This document shows, one piece after another, positions 47,781 through 56,674 of a stretch of 64,000 bases of DNA. Each line of letters opens with the position of its first letter. Positions within the stretch are counted from its first letter, which is position 1. The notes under the pieces were generated by a model. It worked only from the letters and a program-made list of their open reading frames with translations, was not told where the DNA came from and searched no databases. The DNA is taken from the NCBI GenBank assembly GCA_030600605.1, contig JAUVLT010000002.1, positions 259-64,258 of the forward strand. The letters are read 5' to 3'. The translations under genes were made by a program, and so were the position numbers. Source of the DNA: Mycoplasmatota bacterium (lineage in GTDB: Bacteria; Bacillota_I; Bacilli_A; Izemoplasmatales; Izemoplasmataceae).

Positions 47781-50700
47781 CTAAAATGGTTTCTTAAGAA
47801 AGAATAATATTCCTCCACCAACAACTGCTACTCCACCAACAACAATACCAACGATTGCTCCTGGACTTAAAGCTGGAGTTTCAGCAGCAGCTTCGATAAC
47901 TACTTCTAAGCTGTATGTTGATGTATTACCTGCATCATCAGTTGCAGTATAAATTACATAGAATGAACCAGCATTTGCCATATTAACTTGTGATTCATCT
48001 ATTGTTATAGTACCTTCATTAACTGAAGCGAATGTTGCCCAATCAGGTTCAGTGTCTCCTGCTGTATAAGTTAAAGTATCATCTGCAGTAAAGACTGGAG
48101 CAGTAATATCTAAAACTGTAAATACAAATGAACTTGTTGTTACATTCATCCAAGCATCAGTTGCTGTAATAATTACTGTTTGTACACCTGGTGTACTAGT
48201 ATCTAAGCTAGTAGTAATTTCATAATCAATTTCACCATCACGGTTATCTACAAATTGTAATTGAGTGAAATAATCCATAATATCAAAAGTTTCACCTTCA
48301 TCAATTTCAAATACTACATCCGGAACTACTGAATCAAATAATTCTGGTGCTTCATTATCAATATCAAGATTAATATAAACAATAAATCCATTTTCATCAG
48401 TAAATACTAATCGATATGTTTCAGTTACATCTAGTTTATTAGCTTCAAGTAAAGTAATTGAATGATTTACTGATCCAGCAGCGTTTCCGCCTTCTTCAAC
48501 ATAAACATGTGTATCTCCATCAAAATTAAATCCAATATCTCCTGGAGTAATTTCTGGGTCTAATACTGAATCCCAAGTAATTCCATCAAGATCCTTATCA
48601 TATTTAATTTTGAATGTTCCACTTGTTGTTGAATCCGAAACACATAATTGAATTACATAGTTTCCATTAGAATCAATTCCGATAGATGGAACAGTATTTC
48701 CGATATCCCATCCTTGAACATCTCCAACTAATCTAATTTGTGATAAAGAGATTGGATTAGCTTCAAATAAGTTAACATGAACAGTTAATTTGTTTTCATT
48801 TGCTGCGCAAGTTAATTGACTTGTAAAATCACCAATAGCTCCATTTGTATATTCATATGTTGCAAAATCAATAACAGTACCTGTTGAATCTTGTAATTCT
48901 AATCCAGACATTGGTAATGTACCATTTTCGAATGCAACTAAAATACTTGTTGGAGAAATTGCGTAAGTACCAGTTTCATCAATTACAACAGGTGCAACAA
49001 AGTTATTACTTACATCAAATGTAAGTTCTTCAGATTCAATAACTACTGCATCTTCTGTACCTGTAGCTAAAGCATCTGTATATTGAATATAGAATACTTC
49101 ACCATACTGAAGTTCATTCGCAGTAACTAAGTTCAAAGTAACCATTGCTGTACTTAAATCAGTTATTTCTGAACCAAGAACTACTACTTGTACAGTAGGA
49201 TCTAATTCATCAACAAATAAGATTATTGAATCATCTTCACCCATATCAAATGCTTGATCAGATGTCGTAATTTCTGTGTCTCCCCAATTAAATCCATTGT
49301 CGTCATTATCAAATAAAATTTTAAATGATCCTGTACTTCCATCAATAACAAATTCAAATATTGCTTGTCCATAACTATCATCTTTTGTTGATAATATTGG
49401 ATTTACAACATCCCAACCTTGAATAGTTCCAACTAGACCAAGTTTAGTATGATCTAATGCTGAATCTACATATATAACAACATATTTTTGTGCTTCTTTA
49501 GGAAATACTTCTTGAGTATAAGATTTAACATCATGTTCAGTTCCTAAATCAACAACTACAGCTGTAGGATCTAATTCATCAATAAATAGAATTATTGAAT
49601 CATCATCACCCATATCAAATGATTGATCTTCTGTAGTTACTTCAACGTCATCTGCATTATCCCATGCAAATCCGTCTCCTGAAGTATCAAATAATATTTT
49701 AAATGTTCCTGTGCTTCCCACAATTGCAATTTCAAATACTGCGTATCCATTAACATCGTCTTGAGTTGACATAATTGGATTGTTAATATCCCAACCTTGA
49801 ACATCTCCGACAAGTCCTAATAAAGAATGATCTAATGCAGAATCAACATATATTAAGACATATGATTCTTTTACATCAGGTATTACTGTTTGTGTAAATG
49901 TACCTGTATTATGTCCTGAACTTGCGATAACAACTTCGACAGTTGGATCACTTTCATCAACATATAAAGATAACTCCATTTCAGTACCTAAATTATAAGC
50001 TTGATTACTTGGTGTAATTTGAACATCATCTACGTTATCCCAAGTTAATCCATCATCAGATGTATCAAACATAATTTTAAATTCACCTGTTGTTCCTGTA
50101 GTTACAAATTCAAATACAGCAAGTCCAGTTGAACTATCTCCGGTAGACGAAATTGGATTATCAATATCCCATCCTTGCATATCTCCAACAAGTCTAAGTA
50201 ATGAATGATCTAATGCTGAATCTACATAGATTACAACATATTTTTCATCTACGTTAACTGGAGTAAGTGTAGCTGTATAAGTTCCAACAGCAGGTCCAGT
50301 AGCTGCAATAACAATCTCAGCTGTAGGTGATGCTTCATCTATAAATAATGATAACTCAGTTTCTCCATCAAAATCAAATGCTTGATCAGCCGGAGTTATT
50401 TCTGTATCTCCCCAGTTAAACCCATTATCATCGTTATCAAATATAATTTTAAATCCTCCAGAAAGAGCAGTTGTATCAACTTCAAATACAGCTAATCCAT
50501 TTGCATCATCTCCTGAAGATGTAATTGCAGATGCAGGATCCCATGCAGTTGTTTGCATATCTCCTACAATACCAATTTTTGTATGATCTAATGCAGAATC
50601 AAGATAAATAACTAAATAATTATTTACAGGTGTAACTGCATGTGTATAAGAACCAATCGTATGACCTGATCCTAATGTAAGAACTTGAACATCAGGTGAT

Positions 50701-53132
50701 GTTTCATCTACAAATAAATAGATTTCAGTATCAGTTCCCATATCAAATAATTGATTAGATCCATGAATTGAATCTGCCCATGTAAATCCATTATCATCAG
50801 CATCAATTAATACTTTGAATGCTCCAGTAGTATCAGTAGTTACAAATTCAAATACAGCGAGTCCATTACTGTCATCTCCTGTAGATGTAATAGCTCCTAC
50901 GTCGTTCCAGCCATTTAATGTCCCAACAATACCAATTTTAGTATGATCGGCAGCTGAATCAACATAAATTCTAACGTAGTTTTCAGATACATTAACTGGT
51001 GTAACAGTTTGTGTATAAGTACCAACGTCATGTCCACTACCAATAATTACAACTTCAACATCAGGTGAAGTTTCATCTACAAATAAGTAGATTTCATCAT
51101 CAGTTCCCATGTCGAACAATTGATCAGATCCATGAATTGAATCTCCCCAATCAAATCCATCATCACTATTATCAATTAACACTTTAAATGCTCCAGTAGT
51201 ATCAGTAATTGCGAATTCAAATACGGCAAATCCATTACTGTCATCTCCTGTAGAAGTAACTGCATTTACTTGATCCCAGCCATTTAATGTTCCAACAATA
51301 CCAATTTTAGTATGATCGGCAGCTGAATCAACATAGATTCTAACATAATTTTCTTTTACTGTAGGGAATACTTCTTGAGTATAAGCACCAACATCATGTC
51401 CAGTTCCTAAATCAACAACTTCGGCAGTTGGTGTTAATTCATCAATAAATAAAATTAATGAATACTCGCTTCCCATATCAAATGATTGATCATCTGGAGT
51501 TACTTCTGCATCTCCCCAATCAAATCCATCATCACTATTATCAAATAAAACTTTAAATGTTCCGGTAGCTCCCAAAATTACAAACTCGAATACAGCGTAC
51601 CCCATTGCGTCATCTTGAGTCGAAGTAATCGCTTCAGCTGGAGTCCAAGCATTTTCTTGAACATCTCCAACGATACCAAGTTTAGTATGATCTAATGCTG
51701 AATCAACATATACAACAATATGTCTTTCAGCGTCATCAGGAAATACTTCTTGAGTATAAGTTCCTACTTGAATGTCTGAAACATTAATATAATAATAAAC
51801 AGTTGTTTCACCTTCAAAATCAAATTCTTGATCTTCTAATGTAATATGAGGATCTAATTCTTGATTCCAAGAATCATCAAATCCATCTCCATCAGGATCA
51901 TAAACAAGTTTAAATTTACCACTAGTTTCAGTAGTACAAATTTCAAATACAGCATTTCCATTAACATCATCTTTTGTTGATGCTATAGAAGTTTCAATGT
52001 CCCAACCTTGTAAACTTCCCACAATACCAAGTAATGAATGGTCTAGTGAAGAAGTAACATAAAGAACAAACATGTTTTCACCCGCACCACAAGTTGTATC
52101 TGAAGTGTATGATCCAAGACCAGCCATACTTCCAATTGTTACAGATTCAATTGGTACATTAGCACCTAGAATATCAACAATTTTAAATCTAGATAAGTCA
52201 TAAGAAATTGGATTCTTAGGCATTAAGAATTCAACTTTTACAGCCGTTGGAGTAGAAACAATTGTTCCACTCATAAATCTGTTTCCGGCATTTAAATCAT
52301 AAGCAGTTGCAACACTAGTTAAGAATAAACTTCCATCAGTGTAATCAGCATTAACGCCCGCTTCAAAATAAATAACATCTGCCCCTGATCCACGGATATC
52401 AGTATTATCATATTCAACATCCGATGTTTGGCTTGTCCAACTGTTTCCACCAGTTCTAAATAAGAATCCAGTGTCATCAGCTATATCAGCTGCAACTTCA
52501 ATAATTGCAAGTTTAGCAGGAATTTCATATTCCCCTGCTTTTAAAACCATATCTTGATTGAAATCAGTTGCAATACCATCTCCTGCACCAAACCAAGACC
52601 ACATATCCCAACCATCATAGACAGTTGCATCAGCTGCAACAATAGGATTAGCATAAACAATAAATAATAATCCTTTATCTGTAACAGCTTCTACGAATCC
52701 AGTAGCACCTTCAACGTAGTATACTTCTAAGTTAGTAATGCTTCCATCTTTTAAAGAAGAAACATCTAACATTATTTTCCCTTCCCCCGGTGACAAGTAA
52801 TTAGCTTGAGCTATTGTATCGTCATCACTAGTGCTTTCACTAGTAAGCTCAAACTGTATTTCAGCATTAACTGCATTAATTTCTGCAGCTGTGTACTCTT
52901 TTACAATCACACCACCAAAATCGTCAGTCGAATCAACAAGATCGCCCCAACCATTCCAGGTTATGCCATCCCAAATTCCGGCTCCTGTGTTTGTATAAAC
53001 ACCATCATATTGATGGACATGAATAGTAATTGTCACATCTTCTGTCGCTTCAGCTACAACATTCGTAAAACTGAATCCTACAAACAAAACAGAAAGTGTA
53101 AAAATAAGTGCAAAATTCAAAATTTTTCTCAT
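47781..53132 (-). CDS. 1783-aa multi-module cell-surface protein: signal peptide, 2 CBM41-like modules, 9 starch-binding-like ~120-aa modules, 2 Ig-like (DUF5011-like) modules, C-terminal TM anchor
   Basis: The ATG at 53130-53132 lies 7 nt after AGGAGG. CBM41-like VTITIHVHQYDG... and YDGWDMWSWFGAGDG...GFLFRTGGNSWTSQ. Repeated YVDSALDHTKIGIVG.LQGWD...GLAVFEF...TGAFKVLFDN.DDGF.WGD. C-terminus GAIVGIVVGGVAVVGGGILFFLKKPF. Confidence 0.85.
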   Translation of the reverse strand: MRKILNFALIFTLSVLFVGFSFTNVVAEATEDVTITIHVHQYDGVYTNTGAGIWDGITWNGWGDLVDSTDDFGGVIVKEYTAAEINAVNAEIQFELTSESTSDDDTIAQANYLSPGEGKIMLDVSSLKDGSITNLEVYYVEGATGFVEAVTDKGLLFIVYANPIVAADATVYDGWDMWSWFGAGDGIATDFNQDMVLKAGEYEIPAKLAIIEVAADIADDTGFLFRTGGNSWTSQTSDVEYDNTDIRGSGADVIYFEAGVNADYTDGSLFLTSVATAYDLNAGNRFMSGTIVSTPTAVKVEFLMPKNPISYDLSRFKIVDILGANVPIESVTIGSMAGLGSYTSDTTCGAGENMFVLYVTSSLDHSLLGIVGSLQGWDIETSIASTKDDVNGNAVFEICTTETSGKFKLVYDPDGDGFDDSWNQELDPHITLEDQEFDFEGETTVYYYINVSDIQVGTYTQEVFPDDAERHIVVYVDSALDHTKLGIVGDVQENAWTPAEAITSTQDDAMGYAVFEFVILGATGTFKVLFDNSDDGFDWGDAEVTPDDQSFDMGSEYSLILFIDELTPTAEVVDLGTGHDVGAYTQEVFPTVKENYVRIYVDSAADHTKIGIVGTLNGWDQVNAVTSTGDDSNGFAVFEFAITDTTGAFKVLIDNSDDGFDWGDSIHGSDQLFDMGTDDEIYLFVDETSPDVEVVIIGSGHDVGTYTQTVTPVNVSENYVRIYVDSAADHTKIGIVGTLNGWNDVGAITSTGDDSNGLAVFEFVTTDTTGAFKVLIDADDNGFTWADSIHGSNQLFDMGTDTEIYLFVDETSPDVQVLTLGSGHTIGSYTHAVTPVNNYLVIYLDSALDHTKIGIVGDMQTTAWDPASAITSSGDDANGLAVFEVDTTALSGGFKIIFDNDDNGFNWGDTEITPADQAFDFDGETELSLFIDEASPTAEIVIAATGPAVGTYTATLTPVNVDEKYVVIYVDSALDHSLLRLVGDMQGWDIDNPISSTGDSSTGLAVFEFVTTGTTGEFKIMFDTSDDGLTWDNVDDVQITPSNQAYNLGTEMELSLYVDESDPTVEVVIASSGHNTGTFTQTVIPDVKESYVLIYVDSALDHSLLGLVGDVQGWDINNPIMSTQDDVNGYAVFEIAIVGSTGTFKILFDTSGDGFAWDNADDVEVTTEDQSFDMGDDDSIILFIDELDPTAVVVDLGTEHDVKSYTQEVFPKEAQKYVVIYVDSALDHTKLGLVGTIQGWDVVNPILSTKDDSYGQAIFEFVIDGSTGSFKILFDNDDNGFNWGDTEITTSDQAFDMGEDDSIILFVDELDPTVQVVVLGSEITDLSTAMVTLNLVTANELQYGEVFYIQYTDALATGTEDAVVIESEELTFDVSNNFVAPVVIDETGTYAISPTSILVAFENGTLPMSGLELQDSTGTVIDFATYEYTNGAIGDFTSQLTCAANENKLTVHVNLFEANPISLSQIRLVGDVQGWDIGNTVPSIGIDSNGNYVIQLCVSDSTTSGTFKIKYDKDLDGITWDSVLDPEITPGDIGFNFDGDTHVYVEEGGNAAGSVNHSITLLEANKLDVTETYRLVFTDENGFIVYINLDIDNEAPELFDSVVPDVVFEIDEGETFDIMDYFTQLQFVDNRDGEIDYEITTSLDTSTPGVQTVIITATDAWMNVTTSSFVFTVLDITAPVFTADDTLTYTAGDTEPDWATFASVNEGTITIDESQVNMANAGSFYVIYTATDDAGNTSTYSLEVVIEAAAETPALSPGAIVGIVVGGVAVVGGGILFFLKKPF
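49173..52085 (-). repeat. Eight tandem in-frame ~360-378-nt coding repeats (residues ~350-1320); a ninth diverged copy lies at 48489-48812
   Basis: YVDSA[AL]DH anchors at residues 358, 475, 600, 723, 843, 969, 1095 and 1221. Copies 3 and 4 are near-identical at the nucleotide level (compare 50935-51000 with 51295-51360). Confidence 0.85.
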
Positions 53133-53155
53133 TCATATTCCTCCTAAAAATTTTT

Positions 53156-53170
53156 TTAAAACGCTTTCAT
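53156..53170 (-). promoter_or_regulatory. cre-like site (minus strand ATGAAAGCGTTTTAA) just upstream of the RBS of the 1783-aa gene
   Basis: One mismatch to WTGNAANCGNWNNCW. Lies 11 nt upstream of the AGGAGG RBS. Confidence 0.35.
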
Positions 53171-53227
53171 AACTATATATATAATTCTACATTTTTTGAA
53201 TTAAATAGTCAAAAGATTTACAAAAGA

Positions 53228-53241
53228 TGGTAGCGTTACCA
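53228..53241. promoter_or_regulatory. Perfect 14-bp palindrome TGGTAGCGTTACCA (LacI-family operator-like)
   Basis: Exact dyad with a central CG. With flank A it has one mismatch to WTGNAANCGNWNNCW. Confidence 0.45.
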
Positions 53242-53323
53242 CAAAAAAAAGTCTACATTCAAAGGGGAAAATAAGCACTTGCAAGTCCGAAAATAAGGAA
53301 TATATTTTCTTAATAATTATAGC

Positions 53324-53337
53324 TGTAATCGTTTTCA
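53324..53337. promoter_or_regulatory. cre / LacI-type operator TGTAATCGTTTTCA overlapping a candidate promoter of the 1783-aa gene
   Basis: Full match to TGWAANCGNTNWCA. It sits between a minus-strand TATAAT (53316-53321) and a TTACAA -35-like hexamer (53341-53346). Confidence 0.5.
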
Positions 53338-53356
53338 AATTTGTAAAAAATATTAT

Positions 53357-53381
53357 AAAAAAAGCACGAATAAATTCGCAC
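53357..53381 (-). terminator. Rho-independent terminator after the pullulanase gene
   Basis: The minus-strand RNA GUGCGAAUUUAUUCGUGC forms a 7-bp stem (two G-U pairs) followed by U7. Confidence 0.6.
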
Positions 53382-53387
53382 TATTTT

Positions 53388-56300
53388 TTATAATAATAGT
53401 TTTCTAATAAAATATAAACCTGCCCCTAATCCTCCAACTCCAGTTGTAATTGCAATTACAATAATTACCGTTTTATTTTCATCCACAGGTTCTTCTTGAC
53501 ATCTATCTTGTGTTGGATCCTCATCACACGTTGGAGGTTCTGTTTGGCATTTATCTTGTGTTGGATCTTCTTCACATGTAAGAGGATCTACTTGACATTT
53601 ATCTTGTGTTGGGTCTTCTTCACATGTCAATTCTGTTGTTGTATTTTCTAAAACTGTTAAGGAAAATATATCAGATATTCCACCATAAATATCTTTTACT
53701 CTAAACTCGTAATCACCAACTACTAAATCTGATATCTTTACGAATGTTGAAGGAGTATCTAAAACAATATACTCTCCATTATTAATTTGATATTCGGCAA
53801 TTTCAGTATTTGAACCTAAAACAAATTCTCCTCCTTCAAACATAACCCCAATAATGTTTGTAATCTCTGGGGAATGGAATGGAGAATCAATTATATCTTC
53901 AACATGGCCTTTTACAAAAACAAGAGTTTCAGCTTTTTCAATTGGATATCTAACGGCAAATGTTCCTAAACTAACAAGCCCTGCTTTATCTTGATCACTT
54001 ATCAACATCCAAGCTCCAGCTGGCAAACTAACATCATTTGTATATTTCCCACCATTATGATAGACCAATATATCTTCATTGTTTTTTGTTAAATTGTAAC
54101 CAATCATTCCATATCCTTCAGGATTAAGGAATGTTAGGTTTGCTGCTATATCACTTTCATCAGTCATTTTAAATGATTCATATGCTTTTCTAATCTCAAT
54201 AATACCTTTGTAATATTCAAAAGATTCAATGTTTGTTGATTTGCGAACCCAGTTTAATTGATTTACTAAATCACTAGCATCATAGCTATTATGATTTCCA
54301 CCTTTAGTTCTCAAGAAATCAACTCCAGCATGTAAAAATGGAACTCCTTGACTAAACATTATTATCGAATTAGCAAGTCTGGCTTGATAATCAACTTCTT
54401 CTGTATATCCAGATGCTGAATTAGTAGCGAGTAATTTGTCATAAAGTGTTAAATTATCGTGAGCGGAAACATAGTTAATTGTTTGAGAAGAAGTTAATCC
54501 CCAATTATCACTACCTGATATTCCATATTTAACACCAGCTATACCGGCACTATTTGTAACATATCCAGCTCCATTTGCATCCCAAGTAGAACCTTTAATA
54601 GCGTCTCTAAATCCATCATTAAAAGCTGATATTAGTGGCATATTAGTTAAATTATTTTTCCCAGCTTGTAAATTATAATCTAAGGCGATTGTTCCACCAC
54701 CCCAAGGTTCACCATAAACAAAAATATCTTCATCAATTAATTCAAGTTCACTAGCAAGTGTATTCATAGTAGCAACATCATGAATAGCCATTAAATCAAA
54801 TCTAAATCCATCAATATGATATTCTTCTGCCCACATTTTAACTGAATCAACAATATACTTAGAAACCATATATCTTTCACTCGCAGTTTCGTTACCTACA
54901 CCACTACCATTACTATATGATCCGTCTGGATTTAATCTAAAAAAGTAATCTGGAACAATCTTATTAAAACAATAAGCTGAACCATTACCGGTATGATTAT
55001 AAACAACATCTAAAATAACGTTTATACCGTTATCATGTAATGCCATTACCATTTGTTTATATTCATTAACTCTAACTGATCCATCAAATGGATTAGTTGA
55101 GTATCCCCCTTCAGGACTATTATAATGTTCTGGATTATATCCCCAGTTAAAAACAAAATTGTTTTCATCATTCCATGAGTCTTGATCATATGTTGGTAAT
55201 AAATGAACATGGGTAATTCCAAGTTCTACTAAATGATCTAATCCTGTTGTTACTGTTATATCATTATAAGGATTTGTAAATGTTGTCCCACTTACAGTAA
55301 ACCCCATATATGTTCCACTATACTCACTAGGTCCTCCCCAAGAATCTTGAGTTGTAAGATCGCGAACATGAAGCTCATAAATAATTGAATCATTAATATT
55401 TGTATAGCCATTAATTCCTGTATCTATATCCCAACCAATTGGATTTATTTGATCAAAATCAATAACCATAGCTCTCTTACCATTAAGCCCAAAAGTTTGT
55501 CCATAAGGATCTGGAATATCACTTACTTTTGATCCACTATTCGTGACATTATATGTATAGTAAACACCATGTAAATCTCCTAACACCGTAACTTCCCAAA
55601 CACCTTTTTCAAGATATACCATCGGAATTGTAAGATAAGGATTATCTACTCCATCAACTCTAGAAGCAACACTGTGTCCTGCGCTATATAAATTAAGTTC
55701 TACCTCACTTGAAACAGGAGCCCAAAGTTTAAATGTTGTTTCTGTAGAACTATATAAGAATCCTAATTCACCATTATAGTTATAAGCATTATTAAAAACA
55801 ACAGAATCGTAATCGTCACCAAATCTAATTATATTTGTTACAATTTCTGTTCCTAAATCAATAGATATCTCATATTTTTTAGAAACATCTACTCCACCTA
55901 TTATTGTTAGAGTTCCACTTGTTCCACTACTAAAACCAGTAAATGAAACTGAAACTCCTTCTTTTAAAATTGTAATATCTGAACTATCCACTACAACACT
56001 TGTCATAAAATAGACATCTAAGCTATTATTAAAATAAGCATCTAATAATCTTACTCCAATAACTTGTGCACAGTTATAAGGATCATTAAATACATCTCTA
56101 TTACAACTTGGTGTATCTTCTAAAACATATGAAATAAAATCTTCTGTTTGTAATAGATAGACATGAACTTCTCCATTTCCATTAGGGTTAGTCATATCAA
56201 TAAAACGATCAATTTCGCCATCTCTTTCTGTCCATCCTCCAATAGATCTAACAATAACTCCAACACTATTATATCCATCTAAGTTAGTACTTGAAATGTC

Positions 56301-56525
56301 AACTGTAGCTGTAACTCCATAACTATCAGTTCCATTAAAAGAATAACTATTTCCTTCTAATGCACCTGCCCAAAGCCATAGTTCAAACTCATCTTCTCGA
56401 TCATCATATCGATGATAATGAACTACTAAGGTATCAGCATTCCCAGCAAAAATAGTTTGAACATTTGAAAATATAAATATACTCAAAGTTAAAATAAGTA
56501 ATAATCCTAATTTAATATTTTTCAT
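53388..56525 (-). CDS. pulA: Type I pullulanase (CBM41-X-CBM48-GH13), C-terminally TM-anchored
   Basis: Signal peptide. CBM41 motif TLVVHYHRYDD...ELWLWAG...VGVIVRS.GGW. CBM48 TTFKLWAP. Pullulanase motif FNWGYNPEHYNSPEG. GH13 regions DVVYNHTG, GFRFDLM, YGEPWGG and YVSAHDN. Three Cys-loop repeats, then TM VIIVIAITTGVGGLGAGLYFI. Confidence 0.92.
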   Translation of the reverse strand: MKNIKLGLLLILTLSIFIFSNVQTIFAGNADTLVVHYHRYDDREDEFELWLWAGALEGNSYSFNGTDSYGVTATVDISSTNLDGYNSVGVIVRSIGGWTERDGEIDRFIDMTNPNGNGEVHVYLLQTEDFISYVLEDTPSCNRDVFNDPYNCAQVIGVRLLDAYFNNSLDVYFMTSVVVDSSDITILKEGVSVSFTGFSSGTSGTLTIIGGVDVSKKYEISIDLGTEIVTNIIRFGDDYDSVVFNNAYNYNGELGFLYSSTETTFKLWAPVSSEVELNLYSAGHSVASRVDGVDNPYLTIPMVYLEKGVWEVTVLGDLHGVYYTYNVTNSGSKVSDIPDPYGQTFGLNGKRAMVIDFDQINPIGWDIDTGINGYTNINDSIIYELHVRDLTTQDSWGGPSEYSGTYMGFTVSGTTFTNPYNDITVTTGLDHLVELGITHVHLLPTYDQDSWNDENNFVFNWGYNPEHYNSPEGGYSTNPFDGSVRVNEYKQMVMALHDNGINVILDVVYNHTGNGSAYCFNKIVPDYFFRLNPDGSYSNGSGVGNETASERYMVSKYIVDSVKMWAEEYHIDGFRFDLMAIHDVATMNTLASELELIDEDIFVYGEPWGGGTIALDYNLQAGKNNLTNMPLISAFNDGFRDAIKGSTWDANGAGYVTNSAGIAGVKYGISGSDNWGLTSSQTINYVSAHDNLTLYDKLLATNSASGYTEEVDYQARLANSIIMFSQGVPFLHAGVDFLRTKGGNHNSYDASDLVNQLNWVRKSTNIESFEYYKGIIEIRKAYESFKMTDESDIAANLTFLNPEGYGMIGYNLTKNNEDILVYHNGGKYTNDVSLPAGAWMLISDQDKAGLVSLGTFAVRYPIEKAETLVFVKGHVEDIIDSPFHSPEITNIIGVMFEGGEFVLGSNTEIAEYQINNGEYIVLDTPSTFVKISDLVVGDYEFRVKDIYGGISDIFSLTVLENTTTELTCEEDPTQDKCQVDPLTCEEDPTQDKCQTEPPTCDEDPTQDRCQEEPVDENKTVIIVIAITTGVGGLGAGLYFIRKLLL
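53481..53624 (-). repeat. 3 x 48-nt tandem coding repeat encoding CEEDPTQDKCQ-x5 units
   Basis: Encodes CEEDPTQDKCQVDPLT / CEEDPTQDKCQTEPPT / CDEDPTQDRCQEEPVD immediately before the C-terminal TM anchor. The nucleotide repeat is visible as ...catttatcttgtgttgg(a/g)tcttcttcacatgt... Confidence 0.85.
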
Positions 56526-56642
56526 ATAATCTCTCCTAAATACAAAATAATTATATTGTAATTATCACAAATTATATACTATATAGAGTTATTAAACAAG
56601 TGAGTAAATGGTTACATATTGCTTATTATTTTTATAATGATA

Positions 56643-56651
56643 TGATATAAT
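56643..56651 (+). promoter_or_regulatory. Extended -10 element TGATATAAT upstream of the alpha-amylase gene
   Basis: TGnTATAAT match 24 nt before the ATG at 56675. Confidence 0.4.
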
Positions 56652-56674
56652 GTGATAGAAATGAGAGTGGTTTT

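Noticed and set aside
45947-53132. Possible compositional island (higher GC) covering the surface-protein genes
   Set aside because: Spot counts gave ~35-37% GC here, but dxs gave similar values (~35%). The very low values (~23%) are confined to Asn/Ile/Lys-rich orphan genes. The differences look driven by amino-acid composition and cannot be judged without computation.
52806-53147. 113-aa plus-strand ORF overlapping the 5' end of the 1783-aa gene; likewise 47565-47807 and the out-of-frame same-strand 46606-46809 in the SBP gene
   Set aside because: These overlap much longer ORFs with clear domain architecture and show no independent translation signals.
56553-56570. Imperfect palindrome TTGTAATTATCACAA in the pulA/amylase divergent region as a regulator site
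   Set aside because: It lacks the central CG of LacI/cre sites and matches only 6 of 7 positions per arm. In DNA this AT-rich that is easily chance, so it is noted but not called.
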